Source: Actinomycetota bacterium
GTDB taxonomy: Bacteria > Actinomycetota > UBA4738 > HRBIN12
NCBI GenBank assembly: GCA_039933515.1
Contig: JBDTNY010000022.1
Coordinates: forward strand, 222-64,221
Reading direction: 5' to 3'
Length of the DNA: 64,000 nt
Program-made: the position numbers and the translations under genes
The notes under the pieces: generated by a model
Told to the model about the DNA's origin: nothing
What the model saw: only the letters and a program-made list of their open reading frames with translations
Database searches by the model: none
Shown here: piece by piece, positions 1 through 9,348 of the stretch
Layout of the letters: the number at the start of each line of letters is the position of its first letter
Numbering within the stretch: the stretch's first letter is position 1

Positions 1-833
1 AGCACGGATTCGAGCTCATCCAGGATCAGCTGCGCGAGCAGCATCCCGGCGGGTGAGTGGGTCATGAGGCTGCCGAAGTATGAGCACGTGGGACCCGCGG
101 CCTCGGCCAGCCCCTCTGCGAGCCGCAGCGAGACACACACGGCCGCCTCGAGATCGTTGGCTGCCCGCGCGTGATCTGACGGCGCGGACCCCTCTTCGCC
201 GTGGAGGATAACCGGCTCCGCGCCCGCAGAGCGGAGCTCCGCCGCGAGCGATCCCGCGATCTGGCCTAGTTCCACATCGCGTTCGGCGCTGCCCGCGTCG
301 ATCGCGATCACGCGGCCCTCGATCGACTCGCGGGCGCCTCGCAGTTCCTCCTCTTCGCGGACCAACGCCCGGCTGGGGGCGGACTCCCGCGGTCGCATCC
401 GCTCCAGCGAAACGATCATCGCAGGTCCCACGATGCCGTCGACGTCGTCGGCGACGTTGCGCTGGAACTCCCTGGCGGCGCGGTCGGTATGCGGGCCGTG
501 CATTCCGTCTTCCTTGCCCGCGTCGAAGCCCAGGGCGTTCAGCTTGCGTTGGAGGGCTCGGACATCGTCACCTCGGAACAGCGGGGAGTGCAGGTAGAGC
601 GTGCGGTCCCCGAGCTGCCAGCCCGCCTCGACGAGCTGTCCCCAGGTGTCGGGACCGACCAAGCCGTCGACGCGAAGGGTCCGGGCCTCCTGGAAGGCTC
701 GAACGGCGCGATCCGTGGATACGCCGAACCTGCCGCCGAGCTCAGCGGGGTCCAGGACCGCCCCGAGGTCGAGCAAACGTCGCTGGATGTCGAGGACCTC
801 GTTGCCCTCGTCTCCGAGGCGGAAGATGCGCAC
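1..833 (-). CDS. cwlM: N-acetylmuramoyl-L-alanine amidase, CwlM-like (N-terminal part; gene runs off the window start)
   Basis: My own minus-strand translation from GTG at 833 gives VRIFRLGDEGNEVLDIQRRLLDLG... It shows two tandem peptidoglycan-binding-like repeats (DGxVGPxT...FQ), then the start of an amidase_3-like region (RVIAIDAGS...). There is no stop before position 1. It is absent from the ORF track because it is truncated. It lies downstream of trxB-trxA, as in mycobacteria. Confidence 0.75.
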   Translation of the reverse strand, partial: MRIFRLGDEGNEVLDIQRRLLDLGAVLDPAELGGRFGVSTDRAVRAFQEARTLRVDGLVGPDTWGQLVEAGWQLGDRTLYLHSPLFRGDDVRALQRKLNALGFDAGKEDGMHGPHTDRAAREFQRNVADDVDGIVGPAMIVSLERMRPRESAPSRALVREEEELRGARESIEGRVIAIDAGSAERDVELGQIAGSLAAELRSAGAEPVILHGEEGSAPSDHARAANDLEAAVCVSLRLAEGLAEAAGPTCSYFGSLMTHSPAGMLLAQLILDELESV

Positions 834-882
834 GTTCCGAGTCTGCGCCCCGTGCGCGCGGAGCGGCAACCGTCGGGTCGGC

Positions 883-1209
883 TCAGCCGAGGTGCGGCTC
901 GAGGTCGCGCATGATCGCATCCTTCGGGCGGGCTCCGACGACCCGTGCGACTTCCTCGCCGCCCTTGAACAGGATCAGGGAGGGGATGCTCATCACGCCA
1001 TACTGGCGGGTGGCGTCGGGGTTGTCGTCGATGTTGAGCTTGACGACCTTGAGCGCCTCGCCCTTTTCCGCGCCGATCTCCTCCACGACGGGAGAGACCA
1101 TGTGGCAGGGGACGCACCATTCGGCCCAGAAATCGACGAGCACCGGGGTCTCCGAGTCCAGCACGGTTGTCTTGAATTCCTGGTCGGTCACGTCGCCGAT
1201 GTTCGCCAT
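883..1209 (-). CDS. trxA: Thioredoxin (active site WCVPC instead of the canonical WCGPC)
   Basis: 108-aa ORF with thioredoxin length and the signature VDFWAEWCVPC...SIPSLILFKGG. A GAGGAG Shine-Dalgarno lies upstream of ATG 1209. The gene sits directly after trxB. Confidence 0.93.
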   Translation of the reverse strand: MANIGDVTDQEFKTTVLDSETPVLVDFWAEWCVPCHMVSPVVEEIGAEKGEALKVVKLNIDDNPDATRQYGVMSIPSLILFKGGEEVARVVGARPKDAIMRDLEPHLG

Positions 1210-1303
1210 GTCGTATCGCTCCTCATTCGTGGGGTGGGGTCGGCAGCCCTCGGCCGCCCGTCTAGATTCTCAGAACGCGCCGACGCCGCCCGGGATTCCC
1301 TGC

Positions 1304-2233
1304 TCAGTCGTGCGCTTCGACCTCGAGCAGGTGCTCGGCATCGATCGCGGCTTTGCAACCTTGTCCTGCGGCGGTCACGGCCTGGCGATAGATCGTGTCC
1401 GTGACGTCACCGGCGGCGAATACCCCCGGCACCGAGGTGGCCGTGCGCGGTTCGGCGACGTTCACGTAGCCGTCGGCAAGCTCGAGCTGACCTTCGAACA
1501 GAGAGGTGTTGGGCGTGTGTCCGATCCCCATGAAGACCCCGTCGGTGCGGAACTGGGTCCGTTCGTCGGTCTTCAGGTCGCGGAGCAGGACCCCGGTGAC
1601 GGCGTCTTCGCCGAGGATCTCTTCGACCACGGAGTGCCAGATCACTTCGATCTTGGGGTTGGCGAGCGCGCGCTGGGCCATGATCGGCGATGCGCGGAAC
1701 TCGTCGCGCCGATGCACGATCGTCACTTTGCTCGCGAACTTCGTGAGGAAGGTCGCCTCTTCCATCGCGGTGTCGCCCCCACCGACGACCACCAGCTCGC
1801 GATCCCGGAAGAAGAATCCGTCGCATGTCGCACAGGCGCTGACGCCTCGGCCACGAAGCTTCTCCTCGCCGGGCACATCGAGCCACTTCGCGCTCGCGCC
1901 GGTCGCCACGATCAAGGTTCGCGCCCGCCATTCCTGATCACCGGCCCATACGCCGAACGGCCGCCCCGAAAGATCGACACGGGTCACGTGGACGGGCAGG
2001 ATCTCGGCTCCGAACCGTGACGCCTGCTTCTCCATCTGCTCCATCAGCTCGGGGCCCATGATGCCGTCGCCGAAGCCCGGATAGTTCTCGACATCGGTGG
2101 TCAGCATCAGCTGACCGCCCGCCTCCAGTCCCTTGAGCACGAGCGGGCTGAGGTTCGAGCGCGCCGCGTAGAGCGCCGCGGTGTACCCGGCGGGCCCCGA
2201 CCCGATGATGATCACGTCACGCACGTCGCTCAT
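1304..2233 (-). CDS. trxB: Thioredoxin-disulfide reductase
   Basis: 309 aa. Motifs: [15 protein letters not shown] motif, redox-active [23 protein letters not shown] motif. A GGGAGG Shine-Dalgarno precedes ATG 2233. Confidence 0.95.
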   Translation of the reverse strand: MSDVRDVIIIGSGPAGYTAALYAARSNLSPLVLKGLEAGGQLMLTTDVENYPGFGDGIMGPELMEQMEKQASRFGAEILPVHVTRVDLSGRPFGVWAGDQEWRARTLIVATGASAKWLDVPGEEKLRGRGVSACATCDGFFFRDRELVVVGGGDTAMEEATFLTKFASKVTIVHRRDEFRASPIMAQRALANPKIEVIWHSVVEEILGEDAVTGVLLRDLKTDERTQFRTDGVFMGIGHTPNTSLFEGQLELADGYVNVAEPRTATSVPGVFAAGDVTDTIYRQAVTAAGQGCKAAIDAEHLLEVEAHD

Positions 2234-2244
2234 CCGAACCTCCC

Positions 2245-2270
2245 GACAGCTTCAACGTCCCCATATTCCC
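2245..2270 (-). promoter_or_regulatory. Candidate ECF-type promoter upstream of trxB (GGGAAT-N17-GTC)
   Basis: The minus strand reads GGGAAT (2270-2265), 17 nt, then GTC (2247-2245), about 12 nt before the trxB ATG. This resembles SigR/SigH-type thiol-stress promoters (GGAAT-N18-GTT). The match is imperfect and the implied leader is very short. Confidence 0.3.
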
Positions 2271-2289
2271 AAAGCGGGACGCGTCCGCC

Positions 2290-3036
2290 TCAGATGCGGG
2301 TGGTGGTGAAGCTCAACGCGTCGCACGTCGCGCGATCGACGACCCACACCGTGACGGTGTCGGCGGACTGGCCCGGCCCGGGGCCTTCCAGGACCACGGC
2401 CAGATAGGCGGGGGTTCCCCGGAACCTGGCGGCGAGCAATCTGATCGGTGAGCCGGGGAACCCGGGGAACGCGCTCGCCACGCAGCCCTGCGCCCGGGCG
2501 GTCTGGGCAGGCGTGCCTAACGGTCCCGACGTCGCGATGGCGCCGGAGGCGCTCGAGGCGGTCGATCGCGCGTAGCCACTCGCCAGGGTCTGGATGGCCA
2601 CCTCGTCGTAGTCGATCTTCTGCAACTCGAGGCCGAGGGCCGCGAGGGTCTCTGTGCCGGCCACCGTCGGCTGCGTGGCGTCGGCCGAGCTCGCGGCGCG
2701 ATCGGAAGCACCATCGGTTCCCACCTTGGGGAGCACGACCGCGATCAGGAGCACGATGACCGCGGCCGCAGCGACCCCCCCGTAGCGGAACCAGGGGGGA
2801 GCGGCCGGTGGCGCCGAGCCTCGCACGCCCGTTCTCATCACGGCGATCACCCGCCCAGCGAGATCGGGCGACCTCGGGTCGGGGAGGCGGGCAAGCGCGA
2901 GACGTCCTGCGTCGGCGAGCTCGACCTCGGCCCGGCAGCGAGGGCAGGTCTGGAGGTGGGCGTCGACCGAGGTCCGAAGCGATCCGGACAGCGTGCCGTC
3001 GACATAGTCGGCGAGGAGCTCTTCGGGGTGCGTCAT
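2290..3036 (-). CDS. Anti-sigma factor, zinc-finger (ZAS-type), single-pass membrane protein
   Basis: ATG at 3036 overlaps the sigma-factor stop (ATGA). The N-terminus MTHPEELLADYVDGTL...HLQTCPRCRAEV carries the H-x3-C-x2-C motif. There is one TM segment (VAAAAVIVLLIAVVL) and an extracytoplasmic C-domain. I rejected the track start at 3399. Confidence 0.85.
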   Translation of the reverse strand: MTHPEELLADYVDGTLSGSLRTSVDAHLQTCPRCRAEVELADAGRLALARLPDPRSPDLAGRVIAVMRTGVRGSAPPAAPPWFRYGGVAAAAVIVLLIAVVLPKVGTDGASDRAASSADATQPTVAGTETLAALGLELQKIDYDEVAIQTLASGYARSTASSASGAIATSGPLGTPAQTARAQGCVASAFPGFPGSPIRLLAARFRGTPAYLAVVLEGPGPGQSADTVTVWVVDRATCDALSFTTTRI

Positions 3037-3611
3037 CGTTCCTCCGACGCTTCCGGCACAGCCCCAGGTTCCGCGAGTGCGCGGGCCAAGGCAACCCGGC
3101 CTCGATGGACCCGAGACTTGACCGTACCGATAGGCACCTCGAGGACGCGCGCGATCTCCTCGTAGGGAAGGTCCTCGATGTCCGCGAGCACCAATACCAC
3201 CCGGAAGTCCTCCGGGATCAGGGCGAGGGCGCGCGCCACGTCGATCGTGCCCGCGATCTCGTCGGCGGGGTCGGGTGTGGGCGGCCCGTCGTCGAGCACG
3301 CGCTCGTCGGCCGGGTCGGCCCGGACGTGGAGCATCGGTTGCCGCTTCGCGCGCCGTAGCGAGTCGTAGCAGGCGTTCACGGCGATCCGATGGAGCCACG
3401 TACCGAACGCGGCATCGCCGCGGAACTGCTCGAGCTTGCGGAAGGCCGTCATGAAGGCGTCCTGGGCTGCGTCGCGCGCGTCTTCGGGGTCAGCCAAGAT
3501 CCGCAGACACACCGCGTAGATCCGCGTCTGATGCAACTGGACGAGCGCGCCGAAGGCCGTCGTGTCGCCCCCGCGGGCCCGGCGCAGCAGGAGGTCGTCG
3601 GGCCCGCTCAC
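3033..3611 (-). CDS. ECF (group 4) RNA polymerase sigma factor, SigM/SigT-like by synteny
   Basis: Sigma-70 region 2 (TRIYAVCLRIL...AQDAFMTAF...WLHRIAVNACYD) and region 4 (LPYEEIARVLEVPIGTVKSRVHRGR) are present. I chose GTG 3611 as start because it lies just after the upstream gene's stop at 3622. The exact start is uncertain. Confidence 0.85.
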   Translation of the reverse strand: MSGPDDLLLRRARGGDTTAFGALVQLHQTRIYAVCLRILADPEDARDAAQDAFMTAFRKLEQFRGDAAFGTWLHRIAVNACYDSLRRAKRQPMLHVRADPADERVLDDGPPTPDPADEIAGTIDVARALALIPEDFRVVLVLADIEDLPYEEIARVLEVPIGTVKSRVHRGRVALARALAEPGAVPEASEER

Positions 3612-3621
3612 GGCAGCGACG

Positions 3622-4029
3622 CTACACGGATGAGGGGCCGGCGGTTTCGGTGTGGACCACCTGCGCATAGTGCTTGGTGAAGCTGAGATGGCCCGCAAGG
3701 AACGTGTGTGCCGTCTTCTTCACGGTGATCGTGACCCGCCCCGTCTGAGGATCGACGGTGCAGAACCCCTTCTTGGGGATCTTGATCGTGTCGTCCTCGG
3801 CCCGGATCGCGGTGGCGGCTTCCTCGCACGCGCTCGGGGCACTCCCGGTCCGCGCGTAGGCGTCGACGCCAGAGCTCGCGGCTCTGGCGGCCGCGTCGGC
3901 GACGTGGAACGTCGTGAACATGATCGAGAGCGTGTCGACGGCCGCGACGCACGTGAGAGCGAGCAGTAGCAACCACACGATCACGAGCTTGCCCATCATC
4001 CCGGTCTCGCCTCGAAGACGTGTCTGCAT
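3622..4029 (-). CDS. Small membrane-anchored hypothetical protein
   Basis: ATG 4029 is preceded by a GAGGGAGG Shine-Dalgarno and lies 10 nt after the murJ stop. It has an N-terminal TM/signal-anchor (MGKLVIVWLLLLALTCVAAV) and high GC3. I recognise no family; it looks faintly TadE-like. Confidence 0.6.
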   Translation of the reverse strand: MQTRLRGETGMMGKLVIVWLLLLALTCVAAVDTLSIMFTTFHVADAAARAASSGVDAYARTGSAPSACEEAATAIRAEDDTIKIPKKGFCTVDPQTGRVTITVKKTAHTFLAGHLSFTKHYAQVVHTETAGPSSV

Positions 4030-4039
4030 CAGGCCTCCC

Positions 4040-5614
4040 TCAGCCGCGGAACCGGCTGAGCATCGCGCTCTTGACCTCTTCGACCTCTCGGAGACCGACG
4101 ATAAGCGCCCCGCCGAGGAAGACAAGCAACGCGGCCGAGACGGCGACGGCGACCTCCACAAGCACACGCACGCCCGACTCCCCCGCGGGGAAGACGTACG
4201 TGATCGCCCATGCTGCGAGGCCGGCGGCCGAGGATAACGGCAGCACTTTCGCCAGGGTCATGCCGATCCGGGCGCCGTCGAGTGCGTGGATCCGCCGGCG
4301 GGCGAGCAGCAGCAATACCCCGGTCCCGATCACGTACGAGGCGGCGTGCCCCAACGCGAGCCCCGGGATCCCGAGGTCGAGCACGAAGAAGAAGAAGAGG
4401 TCCGCGCCCACGTTCACGACGGCGGCACCGATGTTCACGAGCGCGGGCGTTCGGGTGTCTTGCATCGCGTAGAAGGTGCGCGTGAGCAGCTGGAAGACCG
4501 AGAAGAACGGCAGCCCGACCGCGAAGGCCCGTAGGGTGTCGGCGATCAGGGCCGCATCGCGCGAGTTCGACGCGCCGTGCTGGAACAGCAGCCGGGTGAG
4601 CGGCAACGCGATCGCGATGAATCCGAAGGCGGCAGGCACGATGATGACCGACGTGTCGCGTACGCCTCGCGAGAACAGGGTCCGCACGTCGTCGATCCGC
4701 CGGTCGGACCAGGCGGCCGACATCGCCGGAAGCAGGGCGGTGAAGATCGAGACCGCGAAGATCGCATGGGGAAGCGAGAACACGATGAACGCGGCCGCAT
4801 AGGCGGTGATCCCGCCCTGAACCCGGCGGTTGAGAACGATGATCACGAGGTAGGCGAGCTGGTTCGCGGCGACGTAGACCACGACCCAGACCGCGAGCCG
4901 CGCCATCCGGCGGAGCGCGGGGTGATCCCAATCGAACCTGAGGCGCCATCGATAGCCGGCCGAGCGGAGCGATGGCCACAGGGCGAATGTCATGGCGGCC
5001 ACGCCCAGGGTCGTTCCGGCTGAGAGCACGAGTCGCTGCGACGCGGTGATGTCGTCGACGCTGGCCGGGGAACCACCGTGCAACACCCATGCGTAGACCC
5101 CGAACGTGGCGATCACGACGAGGTTGTTCAACACCGGTGCGAACATGGGCGCGGCGAAGCGGCGGTTCGCGTTCAGGAGCCCCCCTGCGGCCGCTCCCAC
5201 GCCGTAGAACACGATCTGGGGCATGAACCATCGGAGGAAGTATGTTCCGAGGGCGAGCTGCGCGGCCTTGTCGGGTGCGTCGGAGATCGAGTTGTAGAGC
5301 CCGATGATCTGCGGGGCGAAGATCATCCCCATGACGGCGATCGCGGAGAGCACGACAAGCGTGAGGGTCAGGATGCGATCGGCGACCTCCCAGGAGGCGT
5401 CGCGGCCGTGCTGCTGCATCCGGTCCACGAACAGGGGCACGAATACCGACGTGAGCACACCCCCGAGCGCCAGCTCGTACAAGATGTTGGGCGTGGTGTT
5501 CGCGGTCGTGTACGTGTCGGCGAGGGCGCTCCCGGTGACGCCGATCGCGGCGATCTGCGCCGAAAGGCGCAGGAATCCCGTCACGCGCGACAAGGCCGTG
5601 CCTACGGTCATCAC
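4040..5614 (-). CDS. murJ: Lipid II flippase MurJ/MviN
   Basis: Polytopic membrane protein with a MurJ-type N-terminus (MTVGTALSRVTGFLRLSAQIAAIG...TANTTPNILYELALGGVLTSVFVP). Start taken at GTG 5614 or ATG 5611, after the upstream stop at 5677. The track start at 6103 overlaps the upstream gene and I rejected it. Confidence 0.88.
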   Translation of the reverse strand: MMTVGTALSRVTGFLRLSAQIAAIGVTGSALADTYTTANTTPNILYELALGGVLTSVFVPLFVDRMQQHGRDASWEVADRILTLTLVVLSAIAVMGMIFAPQIIGLYNSISDAPDKAAQLALGTYFLRWFMPQIVFYGVGAAAGGLLNANRRFAAPMFAPVLNNLVVIATFGVYAWVLHGGSPASVDDITASQRLVLSAGTTLGVAAMTFALWPSLRSAGYRWRLRFDWDHPALRRMARLAVWVVVYVAANQLAYLVIIVLNRRVQGGITAYAAAFIVFSLPHAIFAVSIFTALLPAMSAAWSDRRIDDVRTLFSRGVRDTSVIIVPAAFGFIAIALPLTRLLFQHGASNSRDAALIADTLRAFAVGLPFFSVFQLLTRTFYAMQDTRTPALVNIGAAVVNVGADLFFFFVLDLGIPGLALGHAASYVIGTGVLLLLARRRIHALDGARIGMTLAKVLPLSSAAGLAAWAITYVFPAGESGVRVLVEVAVAVSAALLVFLGGALIVGLREVEEVKSAMLSRFRG

Positions 5615-5676
5615 GCCCGCGTTGCGGACGTAACCGGCGTCTCGGGCCGCGAAGTCGCTCGGATCGGCAGGGGGGG

Positions 5677-7719
5677 TCAGGTCCGGCGTCGGATCACCCT
5701 CCTCGCCCAGAGCCCCGCCAGCAGCAGGGCGGCTGCCGCGGTGACGATCAGCGCGATCCGGTTCACCGCGGTGACGCGCACCACGAGTTGCTGTTGATGG
5801 ATCGGGAGGTTGTTGGGCGCCCTGGTGATGACCTCGATCGTTCCCGGGCCCGCCCCGGTGGCGAGCACCCGGAGGTTCACGATCTGGTTCGAGCCGGTGA
5901 GTTCGATCGTCTGGCGGTCTCCGTCGGGGAAGGTGAACCGCGAGGACCGGAACTGGAGTTGCACGGTGATCGGGGTGCCGCCTGGGTCGCCCATCCTGAT
6001 CGGGATCGTGCCCTCGCGCGACGTCAGGGTGAACACCTGGCTCGTGTCGGGCGCCGCATGCTCGAACAGGGCGCCCGTGACGGCGTCGACCGATGCGATC
6101 CAACGGGAGCCCGCCGACGGATCCGCCAAGAACTCACCGGACTCCGCCATGAGCAAGGCACGACGCAGCCGGTCGGGTACCGGGGACGCGTCGAGGAGCA
6201 TCGCCTCGAATCCGTCGATTCGGCGTCGAGCATCCCGGATCGCGTCGGCATAGGTACGCGGGAACACCACCGCGGGTGCCGGGGCGAGCGCCGTGGCGTC
6301 GCCAACCGGATACACCTGTCGCACGAGTTGGCGGGCGGTCACGCCTCGCAGGAACGGAGCCTCGGCGAGGCGGCGCGTGATCGGACCCCAGATGCCCGAC
6401 GGGAGGCTCGCGGGGAGGGCGAGCGAGACCCCCCGCACCGTGGGAGGCACGGGTACCGGCGATTCCCGCCAGATCGTGGCGAGCTCGCCCAGGACGACCT
6501 GGGCCGCGAGGATCGGGTCCTGATCGATCGCCGGATCGGCAAGCAGCCCCGTCAGGTCCGGGTCGGGGAGCACGATCGAGACCTCGCCCCCCCCGGTCAC
6601 CGGAACTCCCACCGTGGACAGCGGCGCGTATGCGTTCTCCTGTTCCGGCCGCTCCACGGTGTCGGCATCGCCGAGGACCGTCAGGATTCCACGCGAGGAT
6701 AGGAGGGCGATCGTGGCGCCGTCCAGGGCGCCTTGGGGGGGTCTGATCACCTCGCGGACGGGCGGATGATCCAGCGTGAGGGCGACCGTGCGGCGGCCGA
6801 GCGCGAGCTGTGTGGTCAGGTCGGGCGCGAGGGTCGTCGCGAGCAGGGAAGGCAGGAGCGGCGCCGAGAACGGCATCGCCGACGGCTCCACCTGGGGATC
6901 GCTCGCGAGGCGTGCAAGCCGACGGAGCATGCGGTCGGCATCCTGGGCCGGGGGATCGGCGGGGTTGACCTGGCTGCCGTCGGTGCGCTCGTACCCCTCG
7001 CGCATGCGGGCCAGCTGGTCCAACGTGGATGGCTGCAGCACGAGATCGAACGCCGCCTGGCGTTCGGCGTCGTCGGCGATCCGGACGAGCGCGTCGAGCT
7101 GCGACGAGAGGGCGCCCCCATCGGCGATGGAGGCTTCGAATCCCCGGTCGGCGAGCCGGCCGTCCGGATCGAAGGTCGCCCCCGCGGAGAACTCGGCCCA
7201 CCACGAGAGTCGCAGCGGCTGCTCGGGCGGGCGCACGAGATGGATCGCGGCTGAGTTGATCGCGGCCACTGGAACCCCACCGCTCCGCAGGTCGATCCGG
7301 AACGGGTAGACCAGGGAGTCGACGGCGCTCACCCCGCCGATCGAAGACAGGTCGATGTCCTCGGAGAAGCTGCGCGGTTCGCCGGGAGTCAGCGAGTCTT
7401 TGCGGGCGAAGGTCTGAGTGAAGACGGGAGAGTCGCCAGGCCCATCGACCAGCGAGGATCCATACAAGGTCCGGGAACGGATCGGCTGGCCGATCGTGAC
7501 GCCGAATGAGAGATCGTCGATGGAAGCCGCACCGTCGTTGCTCGCCTCGACGGTCACGGAGAGCACGGGGTCCTTCAGCGTGGTCCAGGCCGTCTGCGCG
7601 ACGAGCCGAAGGGTGACGTCCGTCTGATCCTGCGCTCGGGCGACCGGCACGCGGCTCAGGCACGGCAACGCCGCGAGGCACAGCGAGAAGAGCGCGCGGG
7701 ACACGCGTTGGGTGGTCAT
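5677..7719 (-). CDS. Large secreted/anchored protein, DUF6049-like (Rv3909-like by position)
   Basis: ATG 7719 gives a signal peptide (MTTQRVSRALFSLCLAALPCLSRVPVARAQ). There is a C-terminal TM anchor (IALIVTAAAALLLAGLWARRVIRRRT). It sits between the NUDIX/TauE genes and murJ, as in the conserved actinobacterial block. Confidence 0.75.
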   Translation of the reverse strand: MTTQRVSRALFSLCLAALPCLSRVPVARAQDQTDVTLRLVAQTAWTTLKDPVLSVTVEASNDGAASIDDLSFGVTIGQPIRSRTLYGSSLVDGPGDSPVFTQTFARKDSLTPGEPRSFSEDIDLSSIGGVSAVDSLVYPFRIDLRSGGVPVAAINSAAIHLVRPPEQPLRLSWWAEFSAGATFDPDGRLADRGFEASIADGGALSSQLDALVRIADDAERQAAFDLVLQPSTLDQLARMREGYERTDGSQVNPADPPAQDADRMLRRLARLASDPQVEPSAMPFSAPLLPSLLATTLAPDLTTQLALGRRTVALTLDHPPVREVIRPPQGALDGATIALLSSRGILTVLGDADTVERPEQENAYAPLSTVGVPVTGGGEVSIVLPDPDLTGLLADPAIDQDPILAAQVVLGELATIWRESPVPVPPTVRGVSLALPASLPSGIWGPITRRLAEAPFLRGVTARQLVRQVYPVGDATALAPAPAVVFPRTYADAIRDARRRIDGFEAMLLDASPVPDRLRRALLMAESGEFLADPSAGSRWIASVDAVTGALFEHAAPDTSQVFTLTSREGTIPIRMGDPGGTPITVQLQFRSSRFTFPDGDRQTIELTGSNQIVNLRVLATGAGPGTIEVITRAPNNLPIHQQQLVVRVTAVNRIALIVTAAAALLLAGLWARRVIRRRT

Positions 7720-7745
7720 GCCCGGCCCATCGTAGCGGTCGGCCC

Positions 7746-8510
7746 TCAGCCCCGGACGAGGGCGAGCGCTTCCTTCAGGCCGTACGCGACGGCAACGACC
7801 AACAGGAACGAGCCGACCGCGAGGCGCAGCAGCCGTTCCTGGGTTCCTAGCGCGAGCCGCGCGCCGACCAAGGCCCCGGGCACGGCGCCCAGGGTGATCC
7901 CCAGGAAGATCCACCAGTCGATATGGCCGAGCCAGCCGTGGACGATCGTGCCGGGGATCACGAGAACGACGATCGCGAGCAGCGAGGTCCCGAGTGATCG
8001 CTTGAGCGGCATGCCGAGCCAGCCGGCGAGCAACGGCACCATGATCAATCCGCCGCCGATCCCGAGGAGGCCGCTGATGAACCCGGCCGCGATTCCGATG
8101 CCGACGTACGCGCCGGTCGTGGCCTCGCGCGCCGACGTCGCGGCCCCGGCTCGCCGGGTTCGAAGGATCCCGACCGCCTGATAGGCCAGCAGCACGGCCG
8201 TCGAGACCAAGAGCAGATGGGTGTCGATGAACCTCGTGAGGGCCGCCCCGACGACGGCCGCAGCGATCCCGGGCACCGCCATCCACAGCGCCGCCTGCTC
8301 GTCGATCTCCCCGGCGTTGCGATACGTGAGGGCGCCAGCGATCGCGGTGGGCAAGATCGCGGGCAAGGGGGTGGCCAGTGCGACGATCGGAGCGGCGCCG
8401 AGCAGCACCTGGATGCCCGGCGTCATCACGATGCCGCCGCCGACCCCGAACAGGCCCGAGAGGGCCCCCGATACGAGCCCGATCAGCGCTGCGACCAGTA
8501 CGTCGGTCAT
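7746..8510 (-). CDS. Sulfite exporter TauE/SafE family membrane protein
   Basis: 254 aa with about 8 TM segments. It has the duplicated GxGGG motif (FGVGGGIVMTP and LLGIGGGLIMVP) typical of TauE/SafE. Its ATG overlaps the NUDIX stop (ATGA). Confidence 0.85.
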   Translation of the reverse strand: MTDVLVAALIGLVSGALSGLFGVGGGIVMTPGIQVLLGAAPIVALATPLPAILPTAIAGALTYRNAGEIDEQAALWMAVPGIAAAVVGAALTRFIDTHLLLVSTAVLLAYQAVGILRTRRAGAATSAREATTGAYVGIGIAAGFISGLLGIGGGLIMVPLLAGWLGMPLKRSLGTSLLAIVVLVIPGTIVHGWLGHIDWWIFLGITLGAVPGALVGARLALGTQERLLRLAVGSFLLVVAVAYGLKEALALVRG

Positions 8511-9232
8511 CTCAAGAGCTCGGCGGCTCGGATGATCACGTCGCGTTCGCCGCGGTAGGCCGCCCGCTTCATCGCCCGTTCGAGCGGGAACCAGCGGACC
8601 TCTTCCATCTCGTCGTCGTGATCGGCCGGATCTCCTCCGGTGTGCCGCATCAAGAAGAAATGGACGGTCTTACGGATCCGCGCGTCTCCCCAGACGTAGA
8701 AGTACTTGGTCTCGCCCAAGGAGGCTTCGATCACGGCGGTGAGCCCGGTCTCCTCATGGACCTCGCGGACGGCGGCCTCCTCGTGGCTCTCTCCCGGTTC
8801 GATCCCGCCTTTGGCCAGTCCCCAAGCGAGCTCGCCTCTACGGGTCCGCCGCGACGCCAGGACCACCTCGATGCCGTCGTCGATGCGCCGATAGACGACG
8901 CCACCGGCGGAGATCTCCTTGACGACGGGGCCTTTACCCGCGGTCTTGAGGGAGGCCTTGCCCGGTTGCTTCCCGGAAGTCTTGGACGCGGGCTTCTTCT
9001 TGCGGCGCTTCTTGGTGGTCTTCGGCTTGGCGGCGCCTCCGGCGCCGGAAATCGTGGCCACTCCCTTGGCGACGGGCGGCTCGGCAACGCGAGACGACTT
9101 CGTGCCGCCGGTGGGTGCCGCCTGGGTCGAGGCCGGCGAGGGGTCGGTGGTTGCCCCCGGCCGTCGTCGTCGCCGTCTGCGCCGCCGACCCGATCCGCCG
9201 GTCCCCGTCTCGTTGCCGTCTGGCGCACCCAT
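8507..9232 (-). CDS. NUDIX hydrolase (MutT4-like by position) with a long polybasic N-terminal extension
   Basis: NUDIX box GGIEPGESHEEAAVREVHEETGL. The first roughly 105 aa are low-complexity and very basic (a nine-residue arginine run RRRRRRRRR, and KKRRKKK). Confidence 0.85.
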   Translation of the reverse strand: MGAPDGNETGTGGSGRRRRRRRRRPGATTDPSPASTQAAPTGGTKSSRVAEPPVAKGVATISGAGGAAKPKTTKKRRKKKPASKTSGKQPGKASLKTAGKGPVVKEISAGGVVYRRIDDGIEVVLASRRTRRGELAWGLAKGGIEPGESHEEAAVREVHEETGLTAVIEASLGETKYFYVWGDARIRKTVHFFLMRHTGGDPADHDDEMEEVRWFPLERAMKRAAYRGERDVIIRAAELLR

Positions 9233-9348
9233 CGCGGGCGATTGTAGGCCGTGGGCTCAGGTGAGCCGGGACCACGGCCGATGTCTTCGGCATGCGGCCA
9301 ACGGACGGCCGCCCCATCGGCTCGAGCGTGAGGAGCGACGACGTCGGC

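Noticed and set aside
489-1404. Three overlapping track ORFs (489-914 +, 539-1120 -, 601-1404 +) at the left end of the window.
   Set aside because: They overlap the clearly motif-bearing cwlM-like frame (1-833, -) and trxA (883-1209, -). Their products are low-complexity.
2290-3399. Upstream-extended starts given by the ORF track. Examples are the anti-sigma factor at 3399, murJ at 6103, the DUF6049-like gene at 8286, ltrA at 14457, lepB at 18042, ychF at 20086, ino1 at 34699 and the ECF ATPase at 40110.
   Set aside because: The extensions overlap the preceding gene, encode Arg/Pro-rich junk, and precede internal starts that have Shine-Dalgarno sites or ATGA/GTGA coupling and sit where family homology begins.
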